From assembly GCA_963750165.1 (NCBI GenBank), contig CAVVPN010000012.1, positions 416,001 through 480,000 on the forward strand: a stretch of 64,000 bases of DNA. Direction: 5' to 3'. The notes under the pieces are model-generated. The model saw only the letters and a program-made list of their open reading frames with translations. It made no database searches and was not told the DNA's origin. Position numbers and translations under genes: made by a program. The stretch's first letter is position 1. Every line of letters begins with the position of its first letter. This document shows positions 42,507 through 52,966 of the stretch, one piece after another. The DNA is from an uncultured Gemmataceae bacterium (GTDB taxonomy: Bacteria > Planctomycetota > Planctomycetia > Gemmatales > Gemmataceae).

Positions 42507-43577
42507 TCATGAAGGCGCGTCATCGAACAGCGTGCCCTGCACCAGCCCCGGCCGCCGAAACGCCGCCGTGGACAGCACCCAGCCGCCGCGCCGCAGCCCC
42601 GCCCGCTGCCGGGCCAGGTGGAACAGCTGGTTGATGGCGTCCGCCAGCACGCCCGTGCCGCGCATACGGGTGCCGAAGGTGCTGTCGTTGAGTTTGCCGC
42701 CGCGCAGCTCACGGATGCGGCCCAGGACGCGGTCCTTTTTTTCGGGGAAGTGTTGCGTCAGCCACTGCTCGAACAGGTCGGCGACACCGTATGGCAGCCG
42801 TAGCATGGTGTAGCAGGCGAACGACGCCCCGGCGGCCGCGGCGGCGTCGAGCAGGGCGGGGAGTTCGTGGTCGTTCAATCCCGGGATGACGGGCGCGGTC
42901 ATGACGCCGACGGGGACGCCGGCCTGGCGCAGCGCGGCGACGGCGGCGAGACGGCCCTGCGGCTGCGAGGCGCACGGCTCCATCACGGCGTGCAGGTCGC
43001 GGTCGAGGGTGGTCAGCGACACGAACACCGCCGCCGCGTCGTGCCGGGCCAGGCGCGCGAGCACGTCGGCGTCGCGGGCCACAAGATGGTTTTTGGTGAC
43101 GATGAAGACAGGGTTGCGGAAGTCGGCGAGCACCTCCAGGCAGCGGCGCGTGAGCTGGAGCTTGCGCTCGATAGGCTGATAGGCGTCGGTGACGCCGCTG
43201 AGGCCGAGCGGTTTGGGCTGCCATTTCTTCGACGCCAGTTCGCGGCGCAGTAATTCGGGGGCGTCCTCCTTGACAAAGATGCGCGTCTCGAAATCCAAGC
43301 CCGCTGACAAACCCAAATACTCATGATAGGGGCGCGCGTAGCAGTACACACAACCATGGGAACATCCGCGATAAGGATTAATGCTCGCTTCAAAACCAAC
43401 ATCCGGACTTTCGTTAGTCGCGATAATTGTGCGCGTGGCGTCGCGATAATACTGCGTCGTCGGCGCGGGACGGTCGTCGGGCGGCAGGTCCGGGTCGGGT
43501 TCGTAGTGGATGCGCTCGAAGCGGTTGGCCGGGTTGGCGGAGGTGCCACGGCCGTGCAGGGGCAGTTCGATGGACAT
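42507..43577 (-). CDS. Radical SAM protein, PA0069/Rv2578c (SplB-related) family
   Basis: INPYRGCSHGCVYCYARPYHEY, TDAYQPIER, LRLP; AAGGAG RBS. Confidence 0.93.
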   Translation of the reverse strand: MSIELPLHGRGTSANPANRFERIHYEPDPDLPPDDRPAPTTQYYRDATRTIIATNESPDVGFEASINPYRGCSHGCVYCYARPYHEYLGLSAGLDFETRIFVKEDAPELLRRELASKKWQPKPLGLSGVTDAYQPIERKLQLTRRCLEVLADFRNPVFIVTKNHLVARDADVLARLARHDAAAVFVSLTTLDRDLHAVMEPCASQPQGRLAAVAALRQAGVPVGVMTAPVIPGLNDHELPALLDAAAAAGASFACYTMLRLPYGVADLFEQWLTQHFPEKKDRVLGRIRELRGGKLNDSTFGTRMRGTGVLADAINQLFHLARQRAGLRRGGWVLSTAAFRRPGLVQGTLFDDAPS

Positions 43578-43682
43578 CAGCGCTCCTTTTCCGGGCGACA
43601 CTACTAGTCAAGTGTACACTGAGCAATTGCATTTGTCCTCCATTTTTGTAGACCGCTGTGGGAAACGCCGTTGCCCGAACGA

Positions 43683-43810
43683 CAGGATCGGCGCGTTGAG
43701 GAACTGCGCGCTCAGGCTGGAGATTCACCCTTGCGGAAGCGCTTGCAGGCGCTGGGTAAGTTGCCATGAGCCTGAAGTTTTACATGGACGTTCATGTGCA
43801 TCGCTCGTGA
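43683..43810 (+). pseudogene. Remnant of a DUF433-like antitoxin / DUF5615-like PIN toxin junction
   Basis: QDRRVEELRAQAGDSPLRKRLQALGKLP stop, overlapping by ATGA with MSLKFYMDVHVHRS stop. Confidence 0.6.
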
Positions 43811-44048
43811 GCGACACGAACCACCTACCGGACCCCAAAAATACCGTCTCGATCTTACCTTTCCGGATGATGTGAATTTGCTGATTGATCTGGTCGGTGA
43901 CACGACGGTGCGACCGTGCCCGCCGCACCTGCTGGCACAACTCGAAGCCGAGCGCGAGAAAATCGTCCGCTGGCAGCAATGGCGAAAGCAGCAGGCCGCT
44001 CAGGAAAAGCCGCCGGAGGACACCGATCCCAAAAACGGGGCGTCATAA
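43794..44048 (+). CDS. Hypothetical 84-aa ORF, possibly a gene fragment
   Basis: Protein-like composition but no clear RBS. Confidence 0.35.
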   Translation: MCIARERHEPPTGPQKYRLDLTFPDDVNLLIDLVGDTTVRPCPPHLLAQLEAEREKIVRWQQWRKQQAAQEKPPEDTDPKNGAS

Positions 44049-44068
44049 CCGACACCCGACCGGTCGGC

Positions 44069-45004
44069 TCACCCGGCAACTTCCGCCGCTTGACGCGCCC
44101 GCTCCACGTCCTGCCGCAACTGCTCCCGCAACTCCGCCACGCCCGCGAACGGCCGCGTGTCGCGCAGCCGCTCCACGAACTCCACCGCCAGCTCGCGGCC
44201 ATACAGGTCGCCCTGAAAGCCGATGATGTGGACCTCGATCTTGCGGGCGTCCTCACCGAAGGTCGGGTTGGGGCCAACGTTCGCCGCCGCCGGCCACGCC
44301 GCCCCGTCCAGCCACGCCCGCACCGCGTAGACGCCGTTGCCCGGCACCACCGTCGCCACCGCCTCCAGGTTCGCCGTCGGGAAGCCCAGCAACTTGCCCC
44401 GCTGCTGTCCCCGCGCCACAATGCCACACAGTCGGTACGGCCGCCCCAGCAGCGCGGCCGCCGTCCGCACGTCGCCGCGCAGCAGGTCGGCGCGGATGCG
44501 GCTGCTCGACACCGGCTGGCCCTCGATCTCCAGCGGCGGCACCAGCGCGAAGGCGATGTCCGCCGCCCGACACTCCGCTGCCAGCGTCTCGACCGAGCCG
44601 GCGCGGCCGCGGCCGTAGTGGAAGTTGAAGCCCGGCACCATCACGCGCGGCCGCAGTTTTTCCTGCAAAATCTCGGCGAAAAAATTATCGGCGGTGCGCT
44701 GCAGCAGCTCCGGCGTCGTCCGCAACACCACTACCTCGTCCGCCCCGTGGCGCTGCATGAGGTCGGCGCGGTCGGGCACGGTTGTCAGCAGCGGCGGGAA
44801 TTGCTGCGGTCGCAGGATCTGCAGCGGGTGGGGATCGAACGTCAGCGCCACCGCCGGGCCGCCCAGGGCGCGAGCGTGCGCCGCCAGTGCGCTGAGCAGG
44901 TGCTGATGGCCGCGGTGAACGCCGTCGAAGTTGCCGACGGTCACCGCGCCGCCGCGACAGCTCTCGGGCAGCGTCGTCTCGGGGCTCAGGGAGTGAATCG
45001 CCAT
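44069..45004 (-). CDS. ribF: Bifunctional riboflavin kinase / FAD synthetase
   Basis: GNFDGVHRGH, TFDPHP, SSSRIR, GFPTAN, NVGPNPTF. Confidence 0.97.
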   Translation of the reverse strand: MAIHSLSPETTLPESCRGGAVTVGNFDGVHRGHQHLLSALAAHARALGGPAVALTFDPHPLQILRPQQFPPLLTTVPDRADLMQRHGADEVVVLRTTPELLQRTADNFFAEILQEKLRPRVMVPGFNFHYGRGRAGSVETLAAECRAADIAFALVPPLEIEGQPVSSSRIRADLLRGDVRTAAALLGRPYRLCGIVARGQQRGKLLGFPTANLEAVATVVPGNGVYAVRAWLDGAAWPAAANVGPNPTFGEDARKIEVHIIGFQGDLYGRELAVEFVERLRDTRPFAGVAELREQLRQDVERARQAAEVAG

Positions 45005-45142
45005 GATGGTCCTGGGTTCCGGGTTCCGTTGTTATGATGCCAACCGCGGCGCCTGCTGTCCACCGACCCGCCTCACGGCCGACGCTGGATTTTCATAGGA
45101 TGCCTCCCAATGCCCCTGGCCCGGTCGCGGAGATGCACCGTC

Positions 45143-46277
45143 ATGCTGGCGATTGTCGTTACCGTGCTCAGCCTGCTCCTGATCGTTTCGGTGCTGCTCG
45201 ACGCCTTCGAGGTGATGGTGCTGCCGCGGCGAGTGACGCGCACCTTGCGGCCGGCGCGGCTGTACTACCGTTACGCCTGGGTGCTGTGGCGGTTCGCGGC
45301 GGTGCGGCTGCTGGTCGGCCACTATCGGCAGGCGTTCCTCGGCTACTTTGGTCCGTTGTCGCTGCTGGTGTTGTTTGCGCTGTGGGTGCTGGGCCTCATC
45401 ACCGGCTTCGGGCTGCTGCACTGGTCGCTGGCCACCGTGCCGGCGAAGGACGCTGACTTCCTGACCTACTGGTATTTCAGCGGCACCACGTTCCTGACGC
45501 TCGGTTACGGCGACATGGTGCCGGTGGAACCGCTGGGCCGCGTGCTGGCGGTGGCGGAGGCGGGCCTGGGCTTCGGCTTCATGGCGGTGATCATCGGCTA
45601 CCTGCCGGCGCTCTACCAGGCGTTCTCGCAGCGGGAGCTGACCATCTCGCTGCTGGACGCCCGCGCCGGCTCGCCGCCGACCGCCACCCAGGGCCTGCTG
45701 CGCCGCCCAGTTCGGCCCCATGGAGGGCCTCGCCACCCTGCTGGTCGAGTGGGAGCGCTGGGCGGCCCAGCTGCTGGAGAGCCACCTGTCGTACCCCGTG
45801 CTCGCCTACTACCGTTCGCAGCACGACAACCAGTCCTGGCTGGCGGCGCTGACGGCCATCCTCGACACCTGTGCCCTGCTGATCGCCGGCGTCAAGGGCG
45901 TCCACGTGTACGAGTCGCAGCTAACGTTCGCGATGGCCCGGCACGCGGCGGTGGACCTGGCGCTGGTGTTCCGCACACCGCCGCGGTCGCCGGAGCCGGA
46001 TCGCCTGACATCGGGCCAGCTGGCGGAGTTGCGCGAGCAATTGCGGCACGCCGGCCTGGAACTGCGGGAGGGGGCGGCGTTCGAGAAGAAGCTGGCGGAG
46101 TTGCGCGGCATGTACGAACCGTTCATCCACGGACTGGGGCGGTATTTTCTGCTGGCGCTGCCGCCGGTGGTGCCGGAGCGGACGGTGGTCGATAACTGGC
46201 AGACCAGCGCCTGGACGCGGCGCACCGCCGGCATCGGGGCGCTGCCGGCGGTGGAAGGGGATGAGCATTTCGATTAG
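45143..46277 (+). CDS. Potassium channel family protein; frameshift near 45710
   Basis: YFSGTTFLTLGYGD filter; ESHLSYPVLAYYRSQH in frame 45720; start 45110 or 45143. Confidence 0.85.
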
Positions 46278-46364
46278 AGTCGTCATGAACTGGGGTTCAC
46301 CCAGAGATCATGAAAATCGCGCCGCCTCTGAACAGCCCACCTGATGGGCAGCTTATTTTCAGGG

Positions 46365-46656
46365 CAGCGGTTCGCACGCGGATCGCGCACGGGGTGGGAC
46401 GGCGGGCACAGCTTGACCAGCAGGGGCCTGCGCTGTCGCAGCAAGGGGGCCAAGGGGGCCAAGGGGGCCAACTTTTTCACACGTCGAGATTTGGCGCCCT
46501 GGCCCCGTGCGGTTGGCACGGCGCGACCACCAGCGGCGGCGGTTGCCACAGCAAGGACGCCAAGGACGCCAAGAACGCCAACTTTTTCATACGTCGAGAT
46601 GCGGCGCCTGGCAGCGCCGGCCTGCCGTTTGTGGGCCACGCGACTGCGAACCGCGC
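46365..46656. mobile_element. Second (inverted) copy of the 291-bp MITE-like element
   Basis: Reverse complement matches 38958-39248; termini degenerate (CAGCGGTT / AACCGCGC). Confidence 0.75.
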
Positions 46657-46946
46657 CAGGCGGACAGCGGGTAGGGAGTGCCGGCGGCGGAGGTCTTTCA
46701 CCACTCGCAGGGGCTGCAGAAAAGCGGTAATGGCTGATGGCGACCTATTTTGGTTGACACAGCGGATGGGTCTGCTATTCAGGCGCAAGTATTGTGCGTC
46801 ATACATTGCGGCGAACCCAGCGTAACGGAGCCCGCCGGAGACTCCAGGTACATGCTTTCGCGGTCCGCCTGCATCAGCAGGGTGACTGGCAGCCGCAGAG
46901 CACCTCTGGCGTCGAGGGTTGCGTGCGCCGCGAAAGGACTGACCAC

Positions 46947-46997
46947 AGGACATTTCTATTTCAACCAAACAGAGGACATTTCTATTGCGTTCCGACA
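46947..46997 (-). mobile_element. Solo IS end (IS1202/ISNCY-like)
   Basis: Minus strand TGTCGGAACGC-AATAGAAATGTCCT-N12-AATAGAAATGTCCT. Confidence 0.6.
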
Positions 46998-47136
46998 AAC
47001 GGGGCTTTTCCTTGTTGTCAGCGCGGTTGTGGTCAGGTAAAAAAGAGTGAACCCGCCTGGCCGCGACTTGCCCGCCCTCTTCCCACCCCGGCGAGTCGGC
47101 CGCGAAAGGTTTTGCTGGCCCCCTGGAGCGTCCGAC

Positions 47137-49982
47137 ATGCTTCCGCGCCTGGCCGTGGTTCTGCTGCCCCTGCTCACCGTCTTCCCGCTGCGCGGACAGG
47201 CACCGGCGGGCCCCGGCATCACTTTCTTCGAGAAAAAAATCCGGCCGGTGCTGGTCGAGCACTGTTACGGCTGCCATTCCGTCCAGGCGGGCAAGCAGCG
47301 CGGCGAACTGCTGGTCGATAGCCGCGATGGTCTGCTCAAGGGTGGCGAGTCCGGCCCGGCGGTCGTGCCGGGCAAGCCGAACGCCAGCCTGCTGCTCAAG
47401 GCCCTCCGTTATGGCGAACCGGGCCTGCGCATGCCGCCGAAGGGCAAGCTGCCGGCGGCGGTGGTTGCCGACTTCGAGAAGTGGATCGCGATGGGCGCGC
47501 CGACCTGCGCACCGCGGTGGTCGCAAAGACGAAGTACGGTCCCAGCGTTGAGGAGGGCCGCAAGTTCTGGGCGTACCGTCCGGTGCGCAAGCCCGAGCGG
47601 CCCGCGGTCAAGGACCAGGCGTGGCCGCGCGGCGACATCGACCGTCTCGTGCTTGCGGGGCTGGAAGCGAAAGGGCTGAAGCCGGCGCCGGATGCGGATC
47701 GGGCGGTGCTGTTGCGCCGCGCCACCTTTGGGCTGGTCGGCCTGCCGCCGACGCCCGCGGAGATGGACGCTTTCCTCCCGGACAACTCGCCGCAGGCGTT
47801 CGCGAAGGTGGTGGACCGGCTGCTGGCGTCGCCGCAGTTTGGTGAGCGCTGGGGCCGCTTCTGGCTGGACGTGGCCCGCTACGCCGAATCGACCGGCGGG
47901 GGCCGGTCGCTGCTGCTGCGGGACGCCTGGCGCTACCGCGATTACGTCATCCGCGCCTTCAACAGCGACACGCCGTACAACCGGTTTCTGCTCGAACAGA
48001 TCGCCGGCGACCTGCTCCCGGCGAAGGATTCGGCCGAGCGCTACTGGCAGCTGGTGGCGACGGCGTATCTGCTGCTGGGGCCGCACAACTACGAGCGCCA
48101 GGACAAGCCGATTTTGGAGATGGACATCATCGACGAAATCCTGGACACGCTGGGCAAGTCGGTCCTCGGCCAGACGCTCGGCTGCGCCCGCTGCCACGAT
48201 CACAAGTTCGACCCGATCCCGACGAAGGACTATTACGCTCTGGCCGGCATCTTCAAAAGCACGAAATTCATCGTTCACGGCAACGTCTCGAAGTGGGCCG
48301 AACAACCGCTGCCGATGGCGCCCGCGCTGGCCAGGGCCGTGCAGCAGCACGACGCCGCGGTGGCCGCGCTGAAGGCGAAAATCCAGCTGGCGAAGGCGGC
48401 CGAGAAGAAAGCCGGCAAAGTGGTGGAGTCGGCGCTGGCCAGGGGCAAGCTGGACCCGAAGGCGCTAGCGGGCATCGTCATCGACGACGCGCAGGCCAAG
48501 GTGGTCGGCTCGTGGAAGCACTCGGTCTATTCGGGCAACTTCATCGGCACGGGCTACCTGTACGACGACCGCGGTTTCAAGGACAGCAAGACGCTGACGT
48601 TCATTCCTGAGATTCCGAAGAGCGGCGTTTACGAGGTGCGCTTCGCCTATGTGCCGCACGAGAACCGGGCGACCAAAGTGGGGATTCGCATCTTCCACAC
48701 CGACGGCGAGAACACCGTCTACGTCAACCAGCGTGAGGCGCCGCCCATTGACGGCCGCTTCGTGTCGCTGGGCAAGTACCGCTTCGAGCAGGGCAATCAG
48801 TGGTTCGTGATGGTGCTGACCGAAAAGGCCAACGGCCACGTCGTCGCCGACGCTGTGCAGTTCCTGCCGGAAGAGCTGGCGGAGGCGAAAAAGCCCGCCG
48901 CGCCAAAACCGGCGGCGAAGGAGGCGCTGCCGGACTCGCGGGCGCTGGAGGCGGAGTTGAAGGCGCTGCTCGCCAAAGCGCCGGCGCGACCGGTGGCCAT
49001 CGCGGTCGGCGACGATGCTAAACCGGTGAACCTGCACGTGTGCATCCGCGGCAACTACCACAACAAGGGCGAAACGGTGCCGCGCGGTGTGTTGCAGGTG
49101 CTGACGCCGCGCGGCGAATCGACCGTGGTGAAGTCGGCGGGCAGTGGTCGCAAGGAGCTGGCGGAGTGGCTGGTGCGATCCGACAATCCGCTGACGGCGC
49201 GGGTGATGGTCAACCGTATCTGGCACCATCTGTTCGGCGCCGGCCTGGTCCGCACGATGGACAACTTCGGAGCCACCGGGGAGCCGCCGTCGCACCCGGA
49301 GTTGCTCGACCACCTGGCGACGCGCTTCGTGGAGCAGGGCTGGTCGGTCAAGAAGCTGATCCGCGAAATCATGCTGTCACGGGCCTACCAGATGAGCGGC
49401 ACGCCCGCCGCGGCGACGGCGAAGGTGGCCGCGCGGGTCGATCCGGAGAACCGGCTGTTGTGGAAGGCGAACCGCCGCCGGCTGGACGCCGAGGCTCTCC
49501 GCGACACCATGCTGGCGGTGAGCGGCCAGCTGGACCTGACGCCGGGCGGCCCGACGATCAAGAAGGGCACGGCCGTCGAACGCGACTATGTGTTCGATGA
49601 CGTGCGCCGCAGCGTCTACACGCCCGTGTTCCGCAACAAGGTGCTGGAGCTGTTCGAGGTCTTCGATTTCGCGGACCCGAACGTGTGCCTGGGGAAGCGC
49701 AACATTAGCACGGTGGCGCCGCAGGCGCTGTACCTGATGAATAGTCCGTTCGTGCTCGGCCAGGCGAAGGCTGCGGCGAAACGGCTGCTGGCGGAGCCGG
49801 GCCTGGACGATGTCGGCCGCGTGGCACGCATGTACCGGCGGGCGCTGGGCCGGCTGCCGACGGCGACGGAGCGACGGTTGGCGCTGGACTTCCTGGCGGG
49901 CGAACCGGGACCGCGGGCGGCGGCGTGGGAGCGCTTGCAGCAGGTGCTGTTTGCGTGCATCGATTTCCGGTATGTGTATTAA
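47137..49982 (+). CDS. PSD1 / planctomycete cytochrome c domain protein (DUF1549/DUF1553); frameshift near 47500
   Basis: FFEKKIRPVL..CYGCH, GERWGRFWLDVARY, CARCHDHKFDPI, NPLTARVMVNRIW, PSHPELLD. Confidence 0.93.
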
Positions 49983-50010
49983 CCCGACGTGCAAGCGAGG
50001 GACGCAGCGC

Positions 50011-50080
50011 GCTAAGCCGCAAGCGGCGGAACCACTGGGATGAAGCACCATCCCTTCTTGTCTGCCGCTTGCGGCTTAGC
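50011..50080. repeat. REP-like doublet GCTAAGCCGCAAGCGGC
   Basis: Arms 50011-50027 and 50064-50080; relatives at 54371-54411 and 62283-62312. Confidence 0.85.
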
Positions 50081-50087
50081 TCTCTAA

Positions 50088-50164
50088 GGAGGCGCCGAAC
50101 AACAACTTCCAAGAGTAGGACGGCTCTGGAGAGCCGTCCTACGAAGTTGTTGTTCGGCGCCTCC
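50088..50164. mobile_element. Second copy of the 22-bp-TIR MITE, TAA target duplication
   Basis: TAA-GGAGGCGCCGAACAACAACTTC-CAAGA-GTAGGACGGCTCTGGAGAGCCGTCCTAC-GAAGTTGTTGTTCGGCGCCTCC-TAA. Confidence 0.8.
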
Positions 50165-50187
50165 TAAATCCCTCTTGAACCAGGAAG

Positions 50188-51588
50188 ATGTCCATGACCC
50201 CTCAGTTCTCTCGGCGGCAGGCCCTGAAATCGCTGGCGTGCGGCTTCGGCTACCTGGCCCTCGCGGACCTGGCGAGCGCGACGGCGCCGCGGCCGCCGCA
50301 CCACCCGGCGCGGGCGAAACGAGCGATCTTCCTGTTCATGCAGGGCGGCCCCAGTCACGTCGATACCTTTGACCACAAGCCGCGCCTGGAACGCGACGAC
50401 GGCCGCCTGCTCAACTTCGCCGACGCCCGCACCCTTGCGCGCAGCATGGACGGCGGCCAGCACCGTGTTCTGCGGTCGCCGTGGCGCTTCCGCCGCTACG
50501 GCCAGAGCGGCCGGCTGGTGTCGGACCTGTTCCCGCACATCGGCGGGCGGGCGGATGACCTGTGTTTTTTGCAGAGCATGCACACCGAGGGCATCGCGCA
50601 CGGCCCGGCGACGCTGTTCCTGCACACCGGCTCGATCAATCTGGTGCGGCCGTCGGTCGGCAGCTGGGTGACCTACGGCCTGGGCAGCGAGAACCAGAAC
50701 CTGCCCGGCTTCGTTACCATCTGCCCGTCGATGGGCAACGGCGGTCCGCGCAACTGGGGCAACGCCTTCCTGCCAACGGCGTACCAGGGCACGGCCCTGG
50801 GCCGGGCCGGTCTGCCCGCGACCGAGGCCCGCATCCGCAACGCCAGCAACGCCGCCCTGACGCCCGCGCAGCAGCGCCGCCAGCTCGACCTGCTGCAGTC
50901 ACTGAACGCCGAGCAACTGGCCCGCACGCCCGGCGACCTGGAGCTGGAAGCGGTGATCGGCTCGTTCGACCTGGCGCAGCGCATGCAGCTGCACGCCCCC
51001 GGCATCCTCGACCTGTCGGGTGAGACGCGCGAGACGCAGCGGCTGTACGGCATTGGCGAGACGGCGACGGACAATTTCGGCCGTCAGTGCCTGATGGCCC
51101 GGCGGTTGGCGGAGGCGGGCGTGCGCTACATTCAGGTGACCTATGGCGACAACACGGACAACCCGGCGTGGGACCAGCACTCGAACCTGCCGATGCACGC
51201 GACGCACGCGCGGGCGGTGGACAGGCCGGTCGCGGGGCTGCTGACGGACCTGAAGCGGCGCGGGCTGCTGGAGGACACGGTGGTGTGGTTCGGCGGCGAG
51301 TTCGGGCGGACGCCCTACGCGGAGCGCAACGGCACCGGCCGCGATCACAACCCGGGCGGCTTCACCGTGTGGCTGGCTGGCGGCGGCGTCAGGCCGGGCT
51401 TCGCTCACGGCGCGACGGATGAGTTTGGGCACCAGGCCGTCAGCGGCAAGGTGCATATGCACGATTTGCACGCGACGCTGCTGCACCTGCTGGGGCTGGA
51501 TCACACGCGGCTGACGTTCAACTACGCGGGCCGCAACTTCCGGTTGACCGACGTGGCGGGGCGGGTGGTGGAGGAGGTTTTGGCGTAG
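50188..51588 (+). CDS. DUF1501 family protein with Tat-like signal
   Basis: [33 protein letters not shown]. Confidence 0.93.
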   Translation: MSMTPQFSRRQALKSLACGFGYLALADLASATAPRPPHHPARAKRAIFLFMQGGPSHVDTFDHKPRLERDDGRLLNFADARTLARSMDGGQHRVLRSPWRFRRYGQSGRLVSDLFPHIGGRADDLCFLQSMHTEGIAHGPATLFLHTGSINLVRPSVGSWVTYGLGSENQNLPGFVTICPSMGNGGPRNWGNAFLPTAYQGTALGRAGLPATEARIRNASNAALTPAQQRRQLDLLQSLNAEQLARTPGDLELEAVIGSFDLAQRMQLHAPGILDLSGETRETQRLYGIGETATDNFGRQCLMARRLAEAGVRYIQVTYGDNTDNPAWDQHSNLPMHATHARAVDRPVAGLLTDLKRRGLLEDTVVWFGGEFGRTPYAERNGTGRDHNPGGFTVWLAGGGVRPGFAHGATDEFGHQAVSGKVHMHDLHATLLHLLGLDHTRLTFNYAGRNFRLTDVAGRVVEEVLA

Positions 51589-51632
51589 GGGAATCGGAGG
51601 TCTGTTGAGGCCGGAGTTCGGGAACGAGGACA

Positions 51633-51935
51633 ATGACAGAGGCTGCCGGCATGGATGAGGTCAAACAGGAGATACCGCTGGCCGGGTTCGACCCGGAGGG
51701 CGAGCCGCTCATCCGGGTCATGGCGGATGGCAGCCTGTACGTCGTATTCAACTTCATGCCGCCGTCCTGGGCCGAGGACACCCCCAACCGGTTCGATGAT
51801 TTCGACCGACAACTCACCGGTTCAGTCGGGGTGCGGGTAGATCGGGAGGATCGGGAGTTCTTCCTCATTCGGCAGCCTGGCCTGGACACGATCGAGCGTG
51901 TCCGGCGGTTCATCGAGGGCTACCGACGCGGGTAG
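51633..51935 (+). CDS. Hypothetical protein (100 aa)
   Basis: GAGGA RBS, globular acidic composition. Confidence 0.7.
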   Translation: MTEAAGMDEVKQEIPLAGFDPEGEPLIRVMADGSLYVVFNFMPPSWAEDTPNRFDDFDRQLTGSVGVRVDREDREFFLIRQPGLDTIERVRRFIEGYRRG

Positions 51936-52000
51936 CCGGACATCGAGCGGTGGCTGAAGTTCGATCCGGTATGGGCTCCGAGGGCTAACACTTGTTATGG

Positions 52001-52855
52001 TCAGTCCTCCAGGAGCCGCTTGAACACTTGCCGCTGCGCCGCGGTCAATTTCTTCACAAAGTGTTCAGCCCCCACCTCGTCAACGACCCGTGGCAGGCCG
52101 AATTCCTCAACGACCCGTTTCAGCCCCAGTTGTTCGACGACTCTGCGCATACCCATCAACTCGACGATCGGGTTCAAATCGACCGTCAACTCACCCCGAC
52201 GTTGCCTGGCCATGCTCCGAACCTCCTCGTAAATAGTGGGGTGCAAAAACGCCAGCCAGCCCCCGTAGCGCTCCCATAACCCGGCATTCTCTGTCACCAG
52301 TCTCGCCACCGCCTCTTCGGTTTCTTCAGACTCTCGTGTGACCAGATGCAGCGGCAGGCTCGCCTCCTCCACCGGCAGGTCGGCCCCGCTGACCAGGAAC
52401 AGCGTCCGCCCAAGCACCTGACCGCGCCAGACACCGGGGCCGTGCGGCTGCAAGTCCCCCAGACGTCCACCCCAGCCGCGCAAGAGTCGCCGGCCCAGCC
52501 GGTTCGCCAGAAACCACAACGACAGCCCATCCGGCCCCTGCGTCGGCAACTGCTGCCGGGCCTGGTCGTCGTTCAGCCGGCGGTGGATGCCCAGGCCCAA
52601 TTCGACCAGCAATTCCGGGTCCTCGTCCCGCGGCGAAACGCTCGGCCCCTTGAACTCCAGGACGTTCCAGGGCGTCAGGTCACGCCACAGCCCGGCGGCT
52701 GGGAGTTGGCCGGCGCGGGTGCGGCGCAGCAGGACGAAATCGGCCTCGCGCGGCACGTCGCCGACCGGCACGTTCGTCTCTACCCGGTAGTGGCTCTCCA
52801 CCGTGAGCCGCAGCAGTTCGGCGAATACCGGGTGCCATTGCTTCTTCGCGGCCAA
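52001..52855 (-). CDS. Rpn-like PD-(D/E)xK nuclease-fold protein with C-terminal 9-aa repeats
   Basis: TTG start after AAGGAGGT; WHPVF, EADFVLL..NVLEFKGP; LGLKRVVEE-type repeats. Confidence 0.7.
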   Translation of the reverse strand: MAAKKQWHPVFAELLRLTVESHYRVETNVPVGDVPREADFVLLRRTRAGQLPAAGLWRDLTPWNVLEFKGPSVSPRDEDPELLVELGLGIHRRLNDDQARQQLPTQGPDGLSLWFLANRLGRRLLRGWGGRLGDLQPHGPGVWRGQVLGRTLFLVSGADLPVEEASLPLHLVTRESEETEEAVARLVTENAGLWERYGGWLAFLHPTIYEEVRSMARQRRGELTVDLNPIVELMGMRRVVEQLGLKRVVEEFGLPRVVDEVGAEHFVKKLTAAQRQVFKRLLED

Positions 52856-52966
52856 CGCCCACCTCCTTGCGGGAACCGCCGTCAAAATCGATACTACACC
52901 TGGGGCCGCCCCGATGCCACCCGAGTCCCCGCGTTAGCTGCCGGGGTAATAAACGGGCCCGTGTCG

